IMG/VR virus record: IMGVR_UViG_3300027838_001061
Location: 1 to 37,203 of that record
Length of the DNA stretch: 37,203 bases
From: a virus
Lineage: Duplodnaviria; Caudoviricetes
Reading direction: 5' to 3' (one strand)
Part shown: positions 1 through 8,976 of the stretch, one piece after another
Numbering within the stretch: the first letter of the stretch is position 1
How the letters are laid out: each line of letters opens with the position of its first letter
Program-made: the position numbers and the translations under genes
Notes under the pieces: model-generated
What the model was told of the DNA's origin: nothing
What the model saw: the letters and a program-made list of their open reading frames with translations, nothing else
Database searches by the model: none

Positions 1-1
1 C

Positions 2-1444
2 ACCATCTGGCTCTTTTCGCCAGAAGATGAGGAGATGGAACTCGCAAAAACTGGTAATTGGTTTCACGATAATCCTCAACGTGGCCGTTCTAATAATTCT
101 GCTCTCCTACTTCGTGATAAGACCAGTCCTGAACAATTTGCATCATTAATGCAATCGGTTAAGGAGTTCGGTGAGCCGGGGTTTGTTTGGTCAGATTCTA
201 CAGAGCTTATCGTAAATCCCTGTGTTGAAATTGGCCTTTATCCTGTTGATGAAGTAACAGGAAAAACCGGTTGGCAAGCATGTAACCTAAGTACGATCAA
301 TTGCGCAAAGGTAAAGACCAAAGAAGAATTTCTAGAGTCTTGTAAAGCAGCAGCCATCATAGGAACTCTGCAAGCTGGTTTTACTGAGATGACGTATCTC
401 GGAGAGGTCACAGAAAGAATCCTAAAAAAAGAGGCTCTTCTTGGCGTTTCAATGACCGGGATAATGGAGAACCACGAGATATGCTTAGACCCAACGATAC
501 AAAAAGAGGGTGCTAGGGTAGTAAAGAAGACAAACAGGGAGCTTGCTTCAAAGATAGGGATCAGCCCGGCTGCTAGGACTACCTGCGTCAAGCCAGAAGG
601 CACGTCTAGCTGCATTCTAGGGACTAGCTCTGGTATCCATCCTCATCATGCCAAGCGTTATATCAGGCGGGTGCAGGCTAACAAGATGGAGAATATATAT
701 CAGCACTTTGAGAAGACAAATCCAAGGGCGTGCCAAGAATCCGTTTGGTCTGCCAATGACAGTGATGATGTCATATCTTTTTGCATTGAGGTTCCCGATG
801 GTTCCAAACTAAAAAACAAGATCGGGGCCATTAGTCTTTTAGAGTATGTAAAAAGCACTCAACAAAACTGGGTTATGACAGGGAGAAACGAGTCCCTCTG
901 TGTAAAAGATTTTCTTCAGCACAATGTTTCCAATACGATCAATGTGAAACCAGAAGAATGGGATGAAGTAACAAAATTTATCTACAAGAATAGAAGATAT
1001 TTCTGCGGAGTCTCTCTACTACCTGTGAGTGGAGACAAGGACTATCCGCAAGCACCGTTTACAACGGTGTATCTTCCCAGTGAAATGATATCCCATTATG
1101 GAGATGGGGCCATGTTCGTGAGTGGTTTAATAGAAGTTGCACTCAATCTATGGGAAGACAATCTTTGGACCGCTTGTAACTCCTTGGTGGGGCTTGGAGA
1201 AAAAGTCAAGGGCAATGGTAAAAAGACTTGGGCAAAAAGATGTCAAAATTTCGCTGATAAATATATGAATGGCGACGTAAAAAGGTTAAGCTATTGTATG
1301 AAAGATGTATACAACTGGAAAGAATGGTTGGATACAAAAAGACAGTACGAGTCGGTTGATTATACAACCTGCGTAGAAGAACAAGACAACACAAAACTAG
1401 AACAAGAAATAGCCTGTGCTGGTGGAGCCTGTGAAATAATATGA
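2..1444 (+). CDS. nrdJ: Class II (adenosylcobalamin-dependent) ribonucleotide reductase, monomeric RTPR-like; 5' truncated by window edge
   Basis: Frame is open from base 2 (TIWLFSPEDEEM...). Motifs: NPQRGRSNNS, thiyl-radical NPCVEI, CNLSTIN, TTCVKPEGT, and C-terminal redox pair CAGGACEII resembling Lactobacillus RTPR CEGGAC. Confidence 0.9.
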   Translation, partial: TIWLFSPEDEEMELAKTGNWFHDNPQRGRSNNSALLLRDKTSPEQFASLMQSVKEFGEPGFVWSDSTELIVNPCVEIGLYPVDEVTGKTGWQACNLSTINCAKVKTKEEFLESCKAAAIIGTLQAGFTEMTYLGEVTERILKKEALLGVSMTGIMENHEICLDPTIQKEGARVVKKTNRELASKIGISPAARTTCVKPEGTSSCILGTSSGIHPHHAKRYIRRVQANKMENIYQHFEKTNPRACQESVWSANDSDDVISFCIEVPDGSKLKNKIGAISLLEYVKSTQQNWVMTGRNESLCVKDFLQHNVSNTINVKPEEWDEVTKFIYKNRRYFCGVSLLPVSGDKDYPQAPFTTVYLPSEMISHYGDGAMFVSGLIEVALNLWEDNLWTACNSLVGLGEKVKGNGKKTWAKRCQNFADKYMNGDVKRLSYCMKDVYNWKEWLDTKRQYESVDYTTCVEEQDNTKLEQEIACAGGACEII

Positions 1445-1686
1445 GTGACGTGGAAAAATTCGAGGCTTTTATTGGTAAAATCGTAGCAGAAGCTGAGAGT
1501 GATAATATTGGTTTTGTAATGCACTTGTCTTATGTTGACGAGGAGTCTTCAGAAGTAAAACATTTCAACCTATCTCACAGGTTCCCATACGGCGATCTAA
1601 TCACATCAAAAGCAAATTACGCAGACTTTATAAAGTATGCTGAGTCTACCAGAGACAACGAGGACAAGCCTGAAGAGGACAAATGA
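1441..1686 (+). CDS. Hypothetical acidic protein (81 aa)
   Basis: ATGA overlap with nrdJ stop; fills the gap to dUTPase. Confidence 0.7.
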   Translation: MSDVEKFEAFIGKIVAEAESDNIGFVMHLSYVDEESSEVKHFNLSHRFPYGDLITSKANYADFIKYAESTRDNEDKPEEDK

Positions 1687-2211
1687 ATGGTCTTTTTTCC
1701 TACCTATAGCGACACTTGTGATGGCCGAATAAAGTTAGACTATGTGGACAAGAACCACATAGACCTAAAGGTAAAACGCCTCTCCGATACCGCCATCTTG
1801 CCTACCAAGGCAAATAAACATGACGCAGGGATAGACCTTTATGCGGACGAAACTGTCACGATTAAACATCTAGAGACTATCATAGTAGGCACTAGCGTGT
1901 CTGTTTCTATCCCAGAAGGATTTGTTGGCTTTATATGGGACAGGTCATCAATGGGATGTAAAGGGATACACAGATTCGCTGGAGTTATAGATAGTGGCTA
2001 TACCGGAGAGATAAAGATCTGTTTTAATAATTCAGGTTATGGAATGCAGTTCTGGCCACATTTTCCAGTTAGTTATGAGATAAAGACTGGTGATAAGATA
2101 GCACAGATGGTGATACAGTCAATACCTACAGTCAGCATTGAAGAGGTAATTGAATTATCTACAACAGAAAGAGGCGAGAAAGGTTTTGGTAGTAGTGGCT
2201 CGAAAGCTTAA
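1687..2211 (+). CDS. dut: Trimeric dUTPase
   Basis: All five motifs: AGIDL, RSSMG, GVIDSGYTGEI, GDKIAQ, RGEKGFGSSG. Confidence 0.95.
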   Translation: MVFFPTYSDTCDGRIKLDYVDKNHIDLKVKRLSDTAILPTKANKHDAGIDLYADETVTIKHLETIIVGTSVSVSIPEGFVGFIWDRSSMGCKGIHRFAGVIDSGYTGEIKICFNNSGYGMQFWPHFPVSYEIKTGDKIAQMVIQSIPTVSIEEVIELSTTERGEKGFGSSGSKA

Positions 2212-2839
2212 GAAAAGACGACTTCACCCTAAAACAGATAACCAAGCTGATTACATACGGTCAATAGCAAACAATATAGTTACCCTGTGTCATGGTCCAG
2301 CCGGTACAGGTAAAACAAGTGTTTCTGTTGGTTTGGCATGCGAATATCTAACTGAGGGTAAAGTTGAAAAGATTATTATAACTAGACCGGTTGTAGAATC
2401 CGGCAGAAAGGGGTTGGGATATTTACCCGGTTCTTTTAAAGATAAAATACATCCATATCTTATCCCCGTATTAGAAGAGATGGATCTTTATCTTAACAGT
2501 CAACAGTCAAAAAGATTATTAGACAATAATATTATTGAAATTGTTCCTCTTGAATATATGAGGGGAAGAAACTTTCATAATGCTTTTATGATCTTAGACG
2601 AGGCGCAGAACGCAACTTTTGATCAAATAAAAATGTTTATAACCCGCGTTGGAAGAGATTCAAAATCTGTGATCAATGGAGATCTACAGCAAAGTGACCT
2701 GTCTAATAAAGGTGGTTGTGATTTTCATGAGATTATAAAACGTCTTGACAAACTTGAAAATGTTGGTATAATGGAACTTACAGTTGAGGATATAATCAGA
2801 AACCCGATCATAGGATCAATAATTGATAGGCTGAGTTAA
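2195..2839 (+). CDS. phoH: PhoH-family ATPase
   Basis: GPAGTGKT Walker A, IIITRPVVE, LGYLPG, YMRGRNF, ILDEAQN, GDLQQSD. GTG at 2195 is a likelier start than TTG at 2150. Confidence 0.93.
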   Translation: MARKLKKRRLHPKTDNQADYIRSIANNIVTLCHGPAGTGKTSVSVGLACEYLTEGKVEKIIITRPVVESGRKGLGYLPGSFKDKIHPYLIPVLEEMDLYLNSQQSKRLLDNNIIEIVPLEYMRGRNFHNAFMILDEAQNATFDQIKMFITRVGRDSKSVINGDLQQSDLSNKGGCDFHEIIKRLDKLENVGIMELTVEDIIRNPIIGSIIDRLS

Positions 2840-2844
2840 TAATT

Positions 2845-3093
2845 ATGAAACTATCTGAAGACAACTTACACGAAATACTACAGTTAACCAAAGAGAATCC
2901 TGTGTTTGGTTACGAAATAGTAGAGACGTTGTCAAAGGACTTGCTTAGACTGACCGTATTGTGCAAGGATCTTGTAAGCGCTAGGGATGATGAGTTGCAA
3001 CCACTTACCAACCTGCGGCGTTTGGAGGCTTTGGATGTTTTTATATCAAGAATAAGACATGCTGTAAGAAATAAAGAAAATGCCGACGTATGA
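2845..3093 (+). CDS. Hypothetical protein (82 aa)
   Basis: Tiles between phoH and the next gene; no motif recognised. Confidence 0.65.
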   Translation: MKLSEDNLHEILQLTKENPVFGYEIVETLSKDLLRLTVLCKDLVSARDDELQPLTNLRRLEALDVFISRIRHAVRNKENADV

Positions 3094-3427
3094 ATATAAA
3101 TGCTCTGCCTGTAGTCATAGTTTTGAAATAGTTCAATCTATGAAAGATAGACAGAAAAGAAAATGTCCAGAGTGTAAAAAAAGTAAGCTCAAAAAAGTTC
3201 TGGGAACCCCCATCATCTTCGTTAAGGGGGAGCCGCAAAGTATTGGACACTGGGCGGAAAAGAACACCGAAAAAATGGGTTCTTATGAACTTAGTGAAAA
3301 AAGAGAGATGGAAAATAAAAGTAAAAAGTCTGAGCCTTGGTGGCGTAAGGACAGCAAGTATTCAAACGATCAGATAAAAAAGATGTCTGAATCTCAAAGG
3401 AAAAATTTCATCGAGGGTGGAGGATAA
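3080..3427 (+). CDS. FmdB-family zinc-ribbon protein
   Basis: MPTYEYKCSACSHSFEIVQSM...CPEC is the typical FmdB CxxC...CxxC pattern. Confidence 0.85.
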   Translation: MPTYEYKCSACSHSFEIVQSMKDRQKRKCPECKKSKLKKVLGTPIIFVKGEPQSIGHWAEKNTEKMGSYELSEKREMENKSKKSEPWWRKDSKYSNDQIKKMSESQRKNFIEGGG

Positions 3428-3651
3428 TGGGTAAACAAGACGCTCCGCATCGAGCAGTACTTAGGATTAACCTCTCTCTGCACGCCCTTATGAACACAGG
3501 GGAGTGTTCAGCAAGGTTTATCCCCAACGAAACCCTAGAGAAATGCGGTCTTCAAGAAGATTTTTTGCTGTATGTTGACGGAAAAGATCAGTGGGATTGC
3601 CTTAATAAGTTACAGAAAAAGATAAAGGATTTTCAAGATAAAAATGGCTAG
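3427..3651 (+). CDS. Hypothetical protein (74 aa)
   Basis: TAATG coupling; GGAGG just upstream. Confidence 0.65.
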   Translation: MGKQDAPHRAVLRINLSLHALMNTGECSARFIPNETLEKCGLQEDFLLYVDGKDQWDCLNKLQKKIKDFQDKNG

Positions 3652-3985
3652 ACATGATCGAGAAGAGCTAGATATAGAATTGCCCGACCCGATTTCATAC
3701 CTATCTTTCTGCTACACAATAAAGGGTGTTGAAATAGATGGGAATGACCCTAAAGCGTACTGTAAAAAATCTGTAAACACCCAGACCGAACGTACTACAT
3801 ATTATGCGAAATTTGGGAGGGGTGTCTTGTTTGATCCGTGGGGTATTTTTGCTGGCAAAGAATCGTCAAGAGATTTTAAATTCGTTAAAGTTTCTCAAAC
3901 AGTGTTCGAGCATTACTATAAGTATATAGAAGGCAAGAACAGGTCTTTTTTATCATTAGCTGAAAGGAGCATGATTGATGTCTAA
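3644..3985 (+). CDS. Hypothetical protein (113 aa)
   Basis: Overlapping ORF in the tiled run; no recognised family. Confidence 0.7.
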   Translation: MARHDREELDIELPDPISYLSFCYTIKGVEIDGNDPKAYCKKSVNTQTERTTYYAKFGRGVLFDPWGIFAGKESSRDFKFVKVSQTVFEHYYKYIEGKNRSFLSLAERSMIDV

Positions 3986-4301
3986 ACCAAAAGGAGGACC
4001 GCTAAGTAAGGCAGAAAAGTTTTACATAGCAAATAACGTTACTTTTAGTGATGAAGATTTTGCAAAGGATCTTAATCGTTCCCCCAACATAATTGAGAAA
4101 TACAGGTCCAGTCTTCCAAAAAATGAAGAACCCACTACAAAGGTCTCTGACCTCATGGCCAGAACCGACAAGGGTGCTACTACCATGACTGAAGCTGCCT
4201 CAATGTTGACCGACGAGAAAAAACAAGTCACGTCAAAAGAAGAGAAAAAGTCTAAGGAGAGATCATTCAGAGGAAGTATCCATAGGATCAAAGAGGGTTA
4301 G
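3978..4301 (+). CDS. Hypothetical basic protein, possible N-terminal helix-turn-helix
   Basis: AAGGAG upstream of ATG 3978; LSKAEKFYI...DFAKDLNRSPNIIEKY resembles an HTH. Confidence 0.6.
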   Translation: MSKPKGGPLSKAEKFYIANNVTFSDEDFAKDLNRSPNIIEKYRSSLPKNEEPTTKVSDLMARTDKGATTMTEAASMLTDEKKQVTSKEEKKSKERSFRGSIHRIKEG

Positions 4302-4302
4302 C

Positions 4303-4734
4303 ATGAGTATCTGTACTGAAATAGACTCGTATGCTGGTAAGTTCTCTGACGAGAATGCTATGTGGGTGATAGAGTTATCAAATGGAACAACGGTTTTTCA
4401 AGATGATGGAAGACCGGGGGTTGCAGAGCATAGCGCATGGATAAGGCTTGGAAAGTATTGCGAAGATAATGATTTACATATAGAATCAATGAAACTAAAG
4501 TTTAGATCTAACGAGATTGAGGTTGGAAGGGGTGACAAAGGCTATTACTTTTGTAAGGGCGTGTCTGGACAGATGTTTGGGGGATCAACCAGACATTTGT
4601 ATATGGCTGGAGCGTTAAAAAATAATGACTCATTACTTGTAAAAAGCTGGCTAGTTCCAGAATTGATTCCAGAAGCGTCTGAACCAAGGAACCCAGATCT
4701 AGCCGGGGAATGTTTGATACTTAAAAATGGCTGA
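4303..4734 (+). CDS. Hypothetical protein (143 aa)
   Basis: Tiled ORF; no recognised family. Confidence 0.7.
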   Translation: MSICTEIDSYAGKFSDENAMWVIELSNGTTVFQDDGRPGVAEHSAWIRLGKYCEDNDLHIESMKLKFRSNEIEVGRGDKGYYFCKGVSGQMFGGSTRHLYMAGALKNNDSLLVKSWLVPELIPEASEPRNPDLAGECLILKNG

Positions 4735-5164
4735 AAAAAGAACAGATAGAAGCAAGTACAAATCACCTTCCACCGGAGACTATTGCACAACGGCTCAGTA
4801 TATAGCAGAACTTATGTGTCAAAGAATGGCCGAAAACTCTAACGAAGGCTCGCTGGCATATAAATTCTGGAACACAGAAAAGTGGAAGGGCACTTTCACC
4901 CAGCAGGTAGTGCTAGCGAATCGTCTTCTAAAAAATTATGACGAGAGAGCAGTTATAAGAGCTTTGAGGAGTAAACGAGGGTCTAAAATATATTCCTTAC
5001 GGTTCCCCGCTCTTTCCGATCTCATAGAATCTGAGCAGTCCGGTCTAGAAAAAGAACTGTCTAGACAAAAGACTATAGACGTAACTTCTCACAACTCTAA
5101 AGTAATTCCAAAGCCTTTTGGAAAGAGAAGTGGAATAAACAAACTGCGAGATCTAGATGAGTAA
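4727..5164 (+). CDS. Hypothetical basic protein (145 aa) upstream of recA
   Basis: Overlaps both neighbours; no recognised family. Confidence 0.7.
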   Translation: MAEKRTDRSKYKSPSTGDYCTTAQYIAELMCQRMAENSNEGSLAYKFWNTEKWKGTFTQQVVLANRLLKNYDERAVIRALRSKRGSKIYSLRFPALSDLIESEQSGLEKELSRQKTIDVTSHNSKVIPKPFGKRSGINKLRDLDE

Positions 5165-6200
5165 AAATAAAAATACCAAGTTTGATGACCCTGTAACCAA
5201 GGAAGTTATCAAAAAATATGGCCATGTTGTCAGGGCTGGAATAGATGTTTTTGAGGAAAGCTCCAACCTAAAGGTCATATCGGTCAGCCCGGCCCTAGAC
5301 GTTGCCTTGGGTGGGGGTATAAGAGAGGGGAGTTGGGTTATTTTTACCGGGGAGCCAAAGACTGGGAAAACTACAACAGCACTACATTTTGCCGCCAACT
5401 GTCAAAAAGAAGAAAATGGATCAAGACCAGTAATTTTCATTAACGCAGAAGGCAGACTAAAGTCCATGAATCTTGGTGGAGTCAAGGGCTTGGACATTGA
5501 AAAAATTCGTGTTGTTGAGTCTGATGCAGAGCCAATGAGCGCGGAAGAATATCTTGATATTGTAGTCAAGTACGTAAGCAAGGAGCCAGAGTGTGTTGTG
5601 ATAATAGACTCAGCCTCCGCCCTTATACCAGAGAGAGAACTAATAGAGGATGTGAGCGGGCAGTTCAGAGCGGGGCTGCCGAAAATATTAGCAGCTTTCA
5701 CAAGAAGGCTCTCAAATGTAGTTACAAAGCAGAGGGCAATAATAATTCTCATCACCCATTTTATAGCCAACACCAGCGGGATGGGTAGGAAGACAAAGCT
5801 GGCAGATGGCGGTAAAAAAATACAATACCAAGCTGATACCAACATGGTCATAGAGTATATAAAATCGTGGGAATCTGGAGGACGTAGCATAGGCCAACAA
5901 ATAAATTGGAAAGTGCTGTGTTCTTCTTCTGGTGGATTCCCCGGATCTACCGCTCAGGGGTGGTTAAGGTATGGTGTTGGTGTAGATAGCATACAAGAAC
6001 TTCTTATGATGGGTATAGAATTTGGTATTATATCTAAGGCTGGAGCTTGGTATAGCTGTAATTTCCTTGAAAACCACGGGGAGAAGTATTCAGAGATGTC
6101 TGAAGAAAAATTTCAAGGACAAGATAAATTGTACAATTTTATCGAACAAAACCCAGATGTCATGAATTTGCTGAATGAAGAGTTAAAGGCAATTCTGTGA
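5157..6200 (+). CDS. recA: RecA/UvsX-like recombinase
   Basis: SPALDVALGGG, Walker A GEPKTGKTT, FINAEG (catalytic Glu), Walker B VIIDS, GGKKIQY, C-terminal KAGAWY...FQG. Confidence 0.92.
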   Translation: MSKNKNTKFDDPVTKEVIKKYGHVVRAGIDVFEESSNLKVISVSPALDVALGGGIREGSWVIFTGEPKTGKTTTALHFAANCQKEENGSRPVIFINAEGRLKSMNLGGVKGLDIEKIRVVESDAEPMSAEEYLDIVVKYVSKEPECVVIIDSASALIPERELIEDVSGQFRAGLPKILAAFTRRLSNVVTKQRAIIILITHFIANTSGMGRKTKLADGGKKIQYQADTNMVIEYIKSWESGGRSIGQQINWKVLCSSSGGFPGSTAQGWLRYGVGVDSIQELLMMGIEFGIISKAGAWYSCNFLENHGEKYSEMSEEKFQGQDKLYNFIEQNPDVMNLLNEELKAIL

Positions 6201-6619
6201 AGGTTTTAGGTTTTGATGGTATGCAAAAAACGTGGAACCTGACCAAGCATGTTCCAAGTAAAAATGATAAGAGACACCGATCAAAAAATCATCTGCGAGC
6301 AAGAAAAATCCTTCGTGAAATCTTTCCAAGAGACCGTCTTCTTGAAGAGGTCTCCCTTCCGGGTAGCAACACGCCCAATAGGAAGTCGCTACTATACGCA
6401 GACTTTTTTGTACCATCACACGATCTTGTGGTAGAAGTTCACGGCAGCCAACATTACGAGTTTGTGAAGTTCTACCACAAAACCAAAGGTGAGTACTATC
6501 GCTCTAGAAAGAGAGATCAAGACAAGATTGACTGGTGTAAACTAAATTCCCTTACAATAGTAGTACTAAAATATTCTGAGAGTGATGATGTCTGGACAAA
6601 AAGGATTAACGGCGAGTGA
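6197..6619 (+). CDS. DUF559/Vsr-like PD-(D/E)XK endonuclease
   Basis: YADFFVP...VVEVHGSQHY...RDQDKIDWC...IVVLKY matches the Vsr/DUF559 pattern. Confidence 0.7.
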   Translation: MKVLGFDGMQKTWNLTKHVPSKNDKRHRSKNHLRARKILREIFPRDRLLEEVSLPGSNTPNRKSLLYADFFVPSHDLVVEVHGSQHYEFVKFYHKTKGEYYRSRKRDQDKIDWCKLNSLTIVVLKYSESDDVWTKRINGE

Positions 6620-7073
6620 GCGTCTTGCTAGGTTTGAGAAAGCAACCGAGGATTATATAAATTCTAAGCACCTATGTCCCATAGGGTTTAATATTGAAGC
6701 AATCGAGATACTAAACTTGACAGTTGAAGAATTAAAAAACCTCTCCCCCGAGGAATGTGTAGCGAAATCTTATGTGGTATTTGCTTACGCTAATTATCTA
6801 CAGGAAGAGCATAATCTCAATTTAGTAAAACTAAACTACGCTAATGATTCTTTGAGACAAATTGTTACTGCTGAGATGGGACAGTTTGACAAGTACATGA
6901 AACATGAAATAAAACAACAGAACGTTATAAACAACAATGAATTTGCTTCGAAGTTAGACAATATCAGAAAACATGCCCAAGCAAGAGTTGACAAGATGAC
7001 TGAAAAAATAAGAGACATACGAAGAATGGGTGAATCACTTTTGGAACTTGCAAAAAGGAAAGCGTACTCATGA
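6588..7073 (+). CDS. Helical/coiled-coil hypothetical protein (possibly UvsY-like recombination mediator)
   Basis: Helical, heptad-rich composition; two genes downstream of recA. Function is inferred from context only. Confidence 0.55.
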   Translation: MSGQKGLTASERLARFEKATEDYINSKHLCPIGFNIEAIEILNLTVEELKNLSPEECVAKSYVVFAYANYLQEEHNLNLVKLNYANDSLRQIVTAEMGQFDKYMKHEIKQQNVINNNEFASKLDNIRKHAQARVDKMTEKIRDIRRMGESLLELAKRKAYS

Positions 7074-7507
7074 ATCCTATAGACAAGATAAAGTCTGGCA
7101 TACAGAAAAATAATATGATCCTTGTCTCTGAGGGGTTTGAAGATCTGACTGGAGAAAAAGTCATCGCAGAAGATGAACAAGAGGTGGTTGAAACAGAGAA
7201 GGAAGACGCGGGAGATAGTTTTATAACCTCAACCAGATCGTCGGAGACTAGCGGGAAAAGTAGGATAGCCAGATCAGAACCTTTAGATATCACAGATCGA
7301 GAGAACACCTTTGTTGATGATGGGACCGAAGCCTCGGAAGACACGGCTGTGGATAAAAAACTGGCGGTTAAACCTCCCGTCGAAAGAACCAGAAGGATAT
7401 TCAAGAGAATTTCTACCACATGTGTTTCGTGCAATAAGAATTTTGAGATCCATCCCACATTAGTTCGCGAAAATTACAAGTGCGATAATTGCATAACAAG
7501 AAGATAA
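7070..7507 (+). CDS. Hypothetical protein with acidic middle and C-terminal C4 zinc finger
   Basis: CVSC...CDNC at the C-terminus; ATGA-coupled to the previous gene. Confidence 0.7.
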   Translation: MNPIDKIKSGIQKNNMILVSEGFEDLTGEKVIAEDEQEVVETEKEDAGDSFITSTRSSETSGKSRIARSEPLDITDRENTFVDDGTEASEDTAVDKKLAVKPPVERTRRIFKRISTTCVSCNKNFEIHPTLVRENYKCDNCITRR

Positions 7508-7509
7508 AA

Positions 7510-8970
7510 GTGAATCTATTACATAACTCAGCGGCTGAACGAGCGGTTCTTTCAGGAGTTTGTTCACATGGAGCCAGCGCTTTTATAGACATAGGCGGGG
7601 TAGTTGAATTTGATACTTTTGTTATCGAAGAAAATCAGATAATTTACAAGTGTCTTTGTAAAGTGCTTGAAAAATCTGACTCTGTAGATATATCCTCAAT
7701 ACTAGCCGCCGCCAATGATCTTGATTTTCAGGACAACTTAAACAGCAAGAGTGGTCTTGAACATCTTCGTGCGGTATATCATTTTCCGATCAAGCTAGAA
7801 AATGTTAGGCCGCACGCAGTAAAAATTCGTAAACTACAGCTTGCAAGAGATATACAAAAGCTATCTAAAGAAATATACAATAACATATCAACAATTGATG
7901 GTGACGAGAGTATAAGTGAAATAATAAATATTGCGGAGAAGCCTATATTAGACTTTTCTTCCAATCTAAACAGAGAAGAAGACAGTACTCCGTTACCATT
8001 GGGTAAAGACATTGAAGAATACATCAAACACCTAGAGGAAAATCCATCAGACATACTGGGCATACCCAGCGGATACAGTCGGTATGACATTAGTATCGGG
8101 GGAGGACTCAGAAGAAAGTGTGTTGACTTAATCGCCGCTCGTCCCAAGGTTGGTAAAAGCATGTTTGGCGATAATGTTGCGATGCATGTAGCAGGCGAGT
8201 TGAACATACCGGTCCTGATGCTGGACACCGAGATGTCAAAAGAGGATCATCTCAACAGAATACTTGCTAAATTAAGTGGCATAGATATAAATGATATCTC
8301 TACAGGAAAGTGTTTTAGTAGCCAGACAAATAAAGAAAAAATTGAGAGGTCAGCCAGAAAGATAGAAGAAATACCATATGATTATATCAGCATATCTGGA
8401 AAGCCTTTCGATGAAATACTTTCTCTGATGAGAAGATGGATTATACAAACGGTTGGCTTTGATGAGAACGGCAGAACAAATAACTGCTTGATAATTTACG
8501 ACTACTTGAAATTGATGACCTCCGACACGATCAACAATAGCGTTCAGGAGTTTCAGGCTCTTGGTTTTCAGATAACCGCACTTCATAACTTTTGTGTTGA
8601 ATACGATTGTCCATGCCTAAGTTTTGTACAGCTAAACAGAGATGGTATAACCAAAGAATCTACGGATGTTGTCAGTGGCTCAGACCGACTGATATGGTTA
8701 TGCACCAGTTTTAGTATTTTTAAGAATAAGAGTGATGAAGAGATTGCAGAGGATGGCGATGAGTATGGAAACAAAAAGCTGGTCCCAATCGTTGCCAGAC
8801 ATGGCCCCGGACTTTCCGACAGAGACTATATAAGCATGGCTATGAAGGGCGAGACCGCCAACATTGTTGAGAAGTGTACACGCAATGAAATAAGAAAAGT
8901 CGTTAAACAAAAAGATGAAGGATTTGTTGTAGAGGATAACAATAAAAACGATATTCCATTTGAAATGTAA
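7510..8970 (+). CDS. dnaB: Replicative DnaB-family helicase
   Basis: N-terminal AERAVL, GIPSGY, Walker A AARPKVGKS, DTEMS, Walker B IYDYLKLM, VQLNR, ARHG. Likely start is GTG 7510. Confidence 0.93.
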   Translation: MNLLHNSAAERAVLSGVCSHGASAFIDIGGVVEFDTFVIEENQIIYKCLCKVLEKSDSVDISSILAAANDLDFQDNLNSKSGLEHLRAVYHFPIKLENVRPHAVKIRKLQLARDIQKLSKEIYNNISTIDGDESISEIINIAEKPILDFSSNLNREEDSTPLPLGKDIEEYIKHLEENPSDILGIPSGYSRYDISIGGGLRRKCVDLIAARPKVGKSMFGDNVAMHVAGELNIPVLMLDTEMSKEDHLNRILAKLSGIDINDISTGKCFSSQTNKEKIERSARKIEEIPYDYISISGKPFDEILSLMRRWIIQTVGFDENGRTNNCLIIYDYLKLMTSDTINNSVQEFQALGFQITALHNFCVEYDCPCLSFVQLNRDGITKESTDVVSGSDRLIWLCTSFSIFKNKSDEEIAEDGDEYGNKKLVPIVARHGPGLSDRDYISMAMKGETANIVEKCTRNEIRKVVKQKDEGFVVEDNNKNDIPFEM

Positions 8971-8976
8971 AACTTA

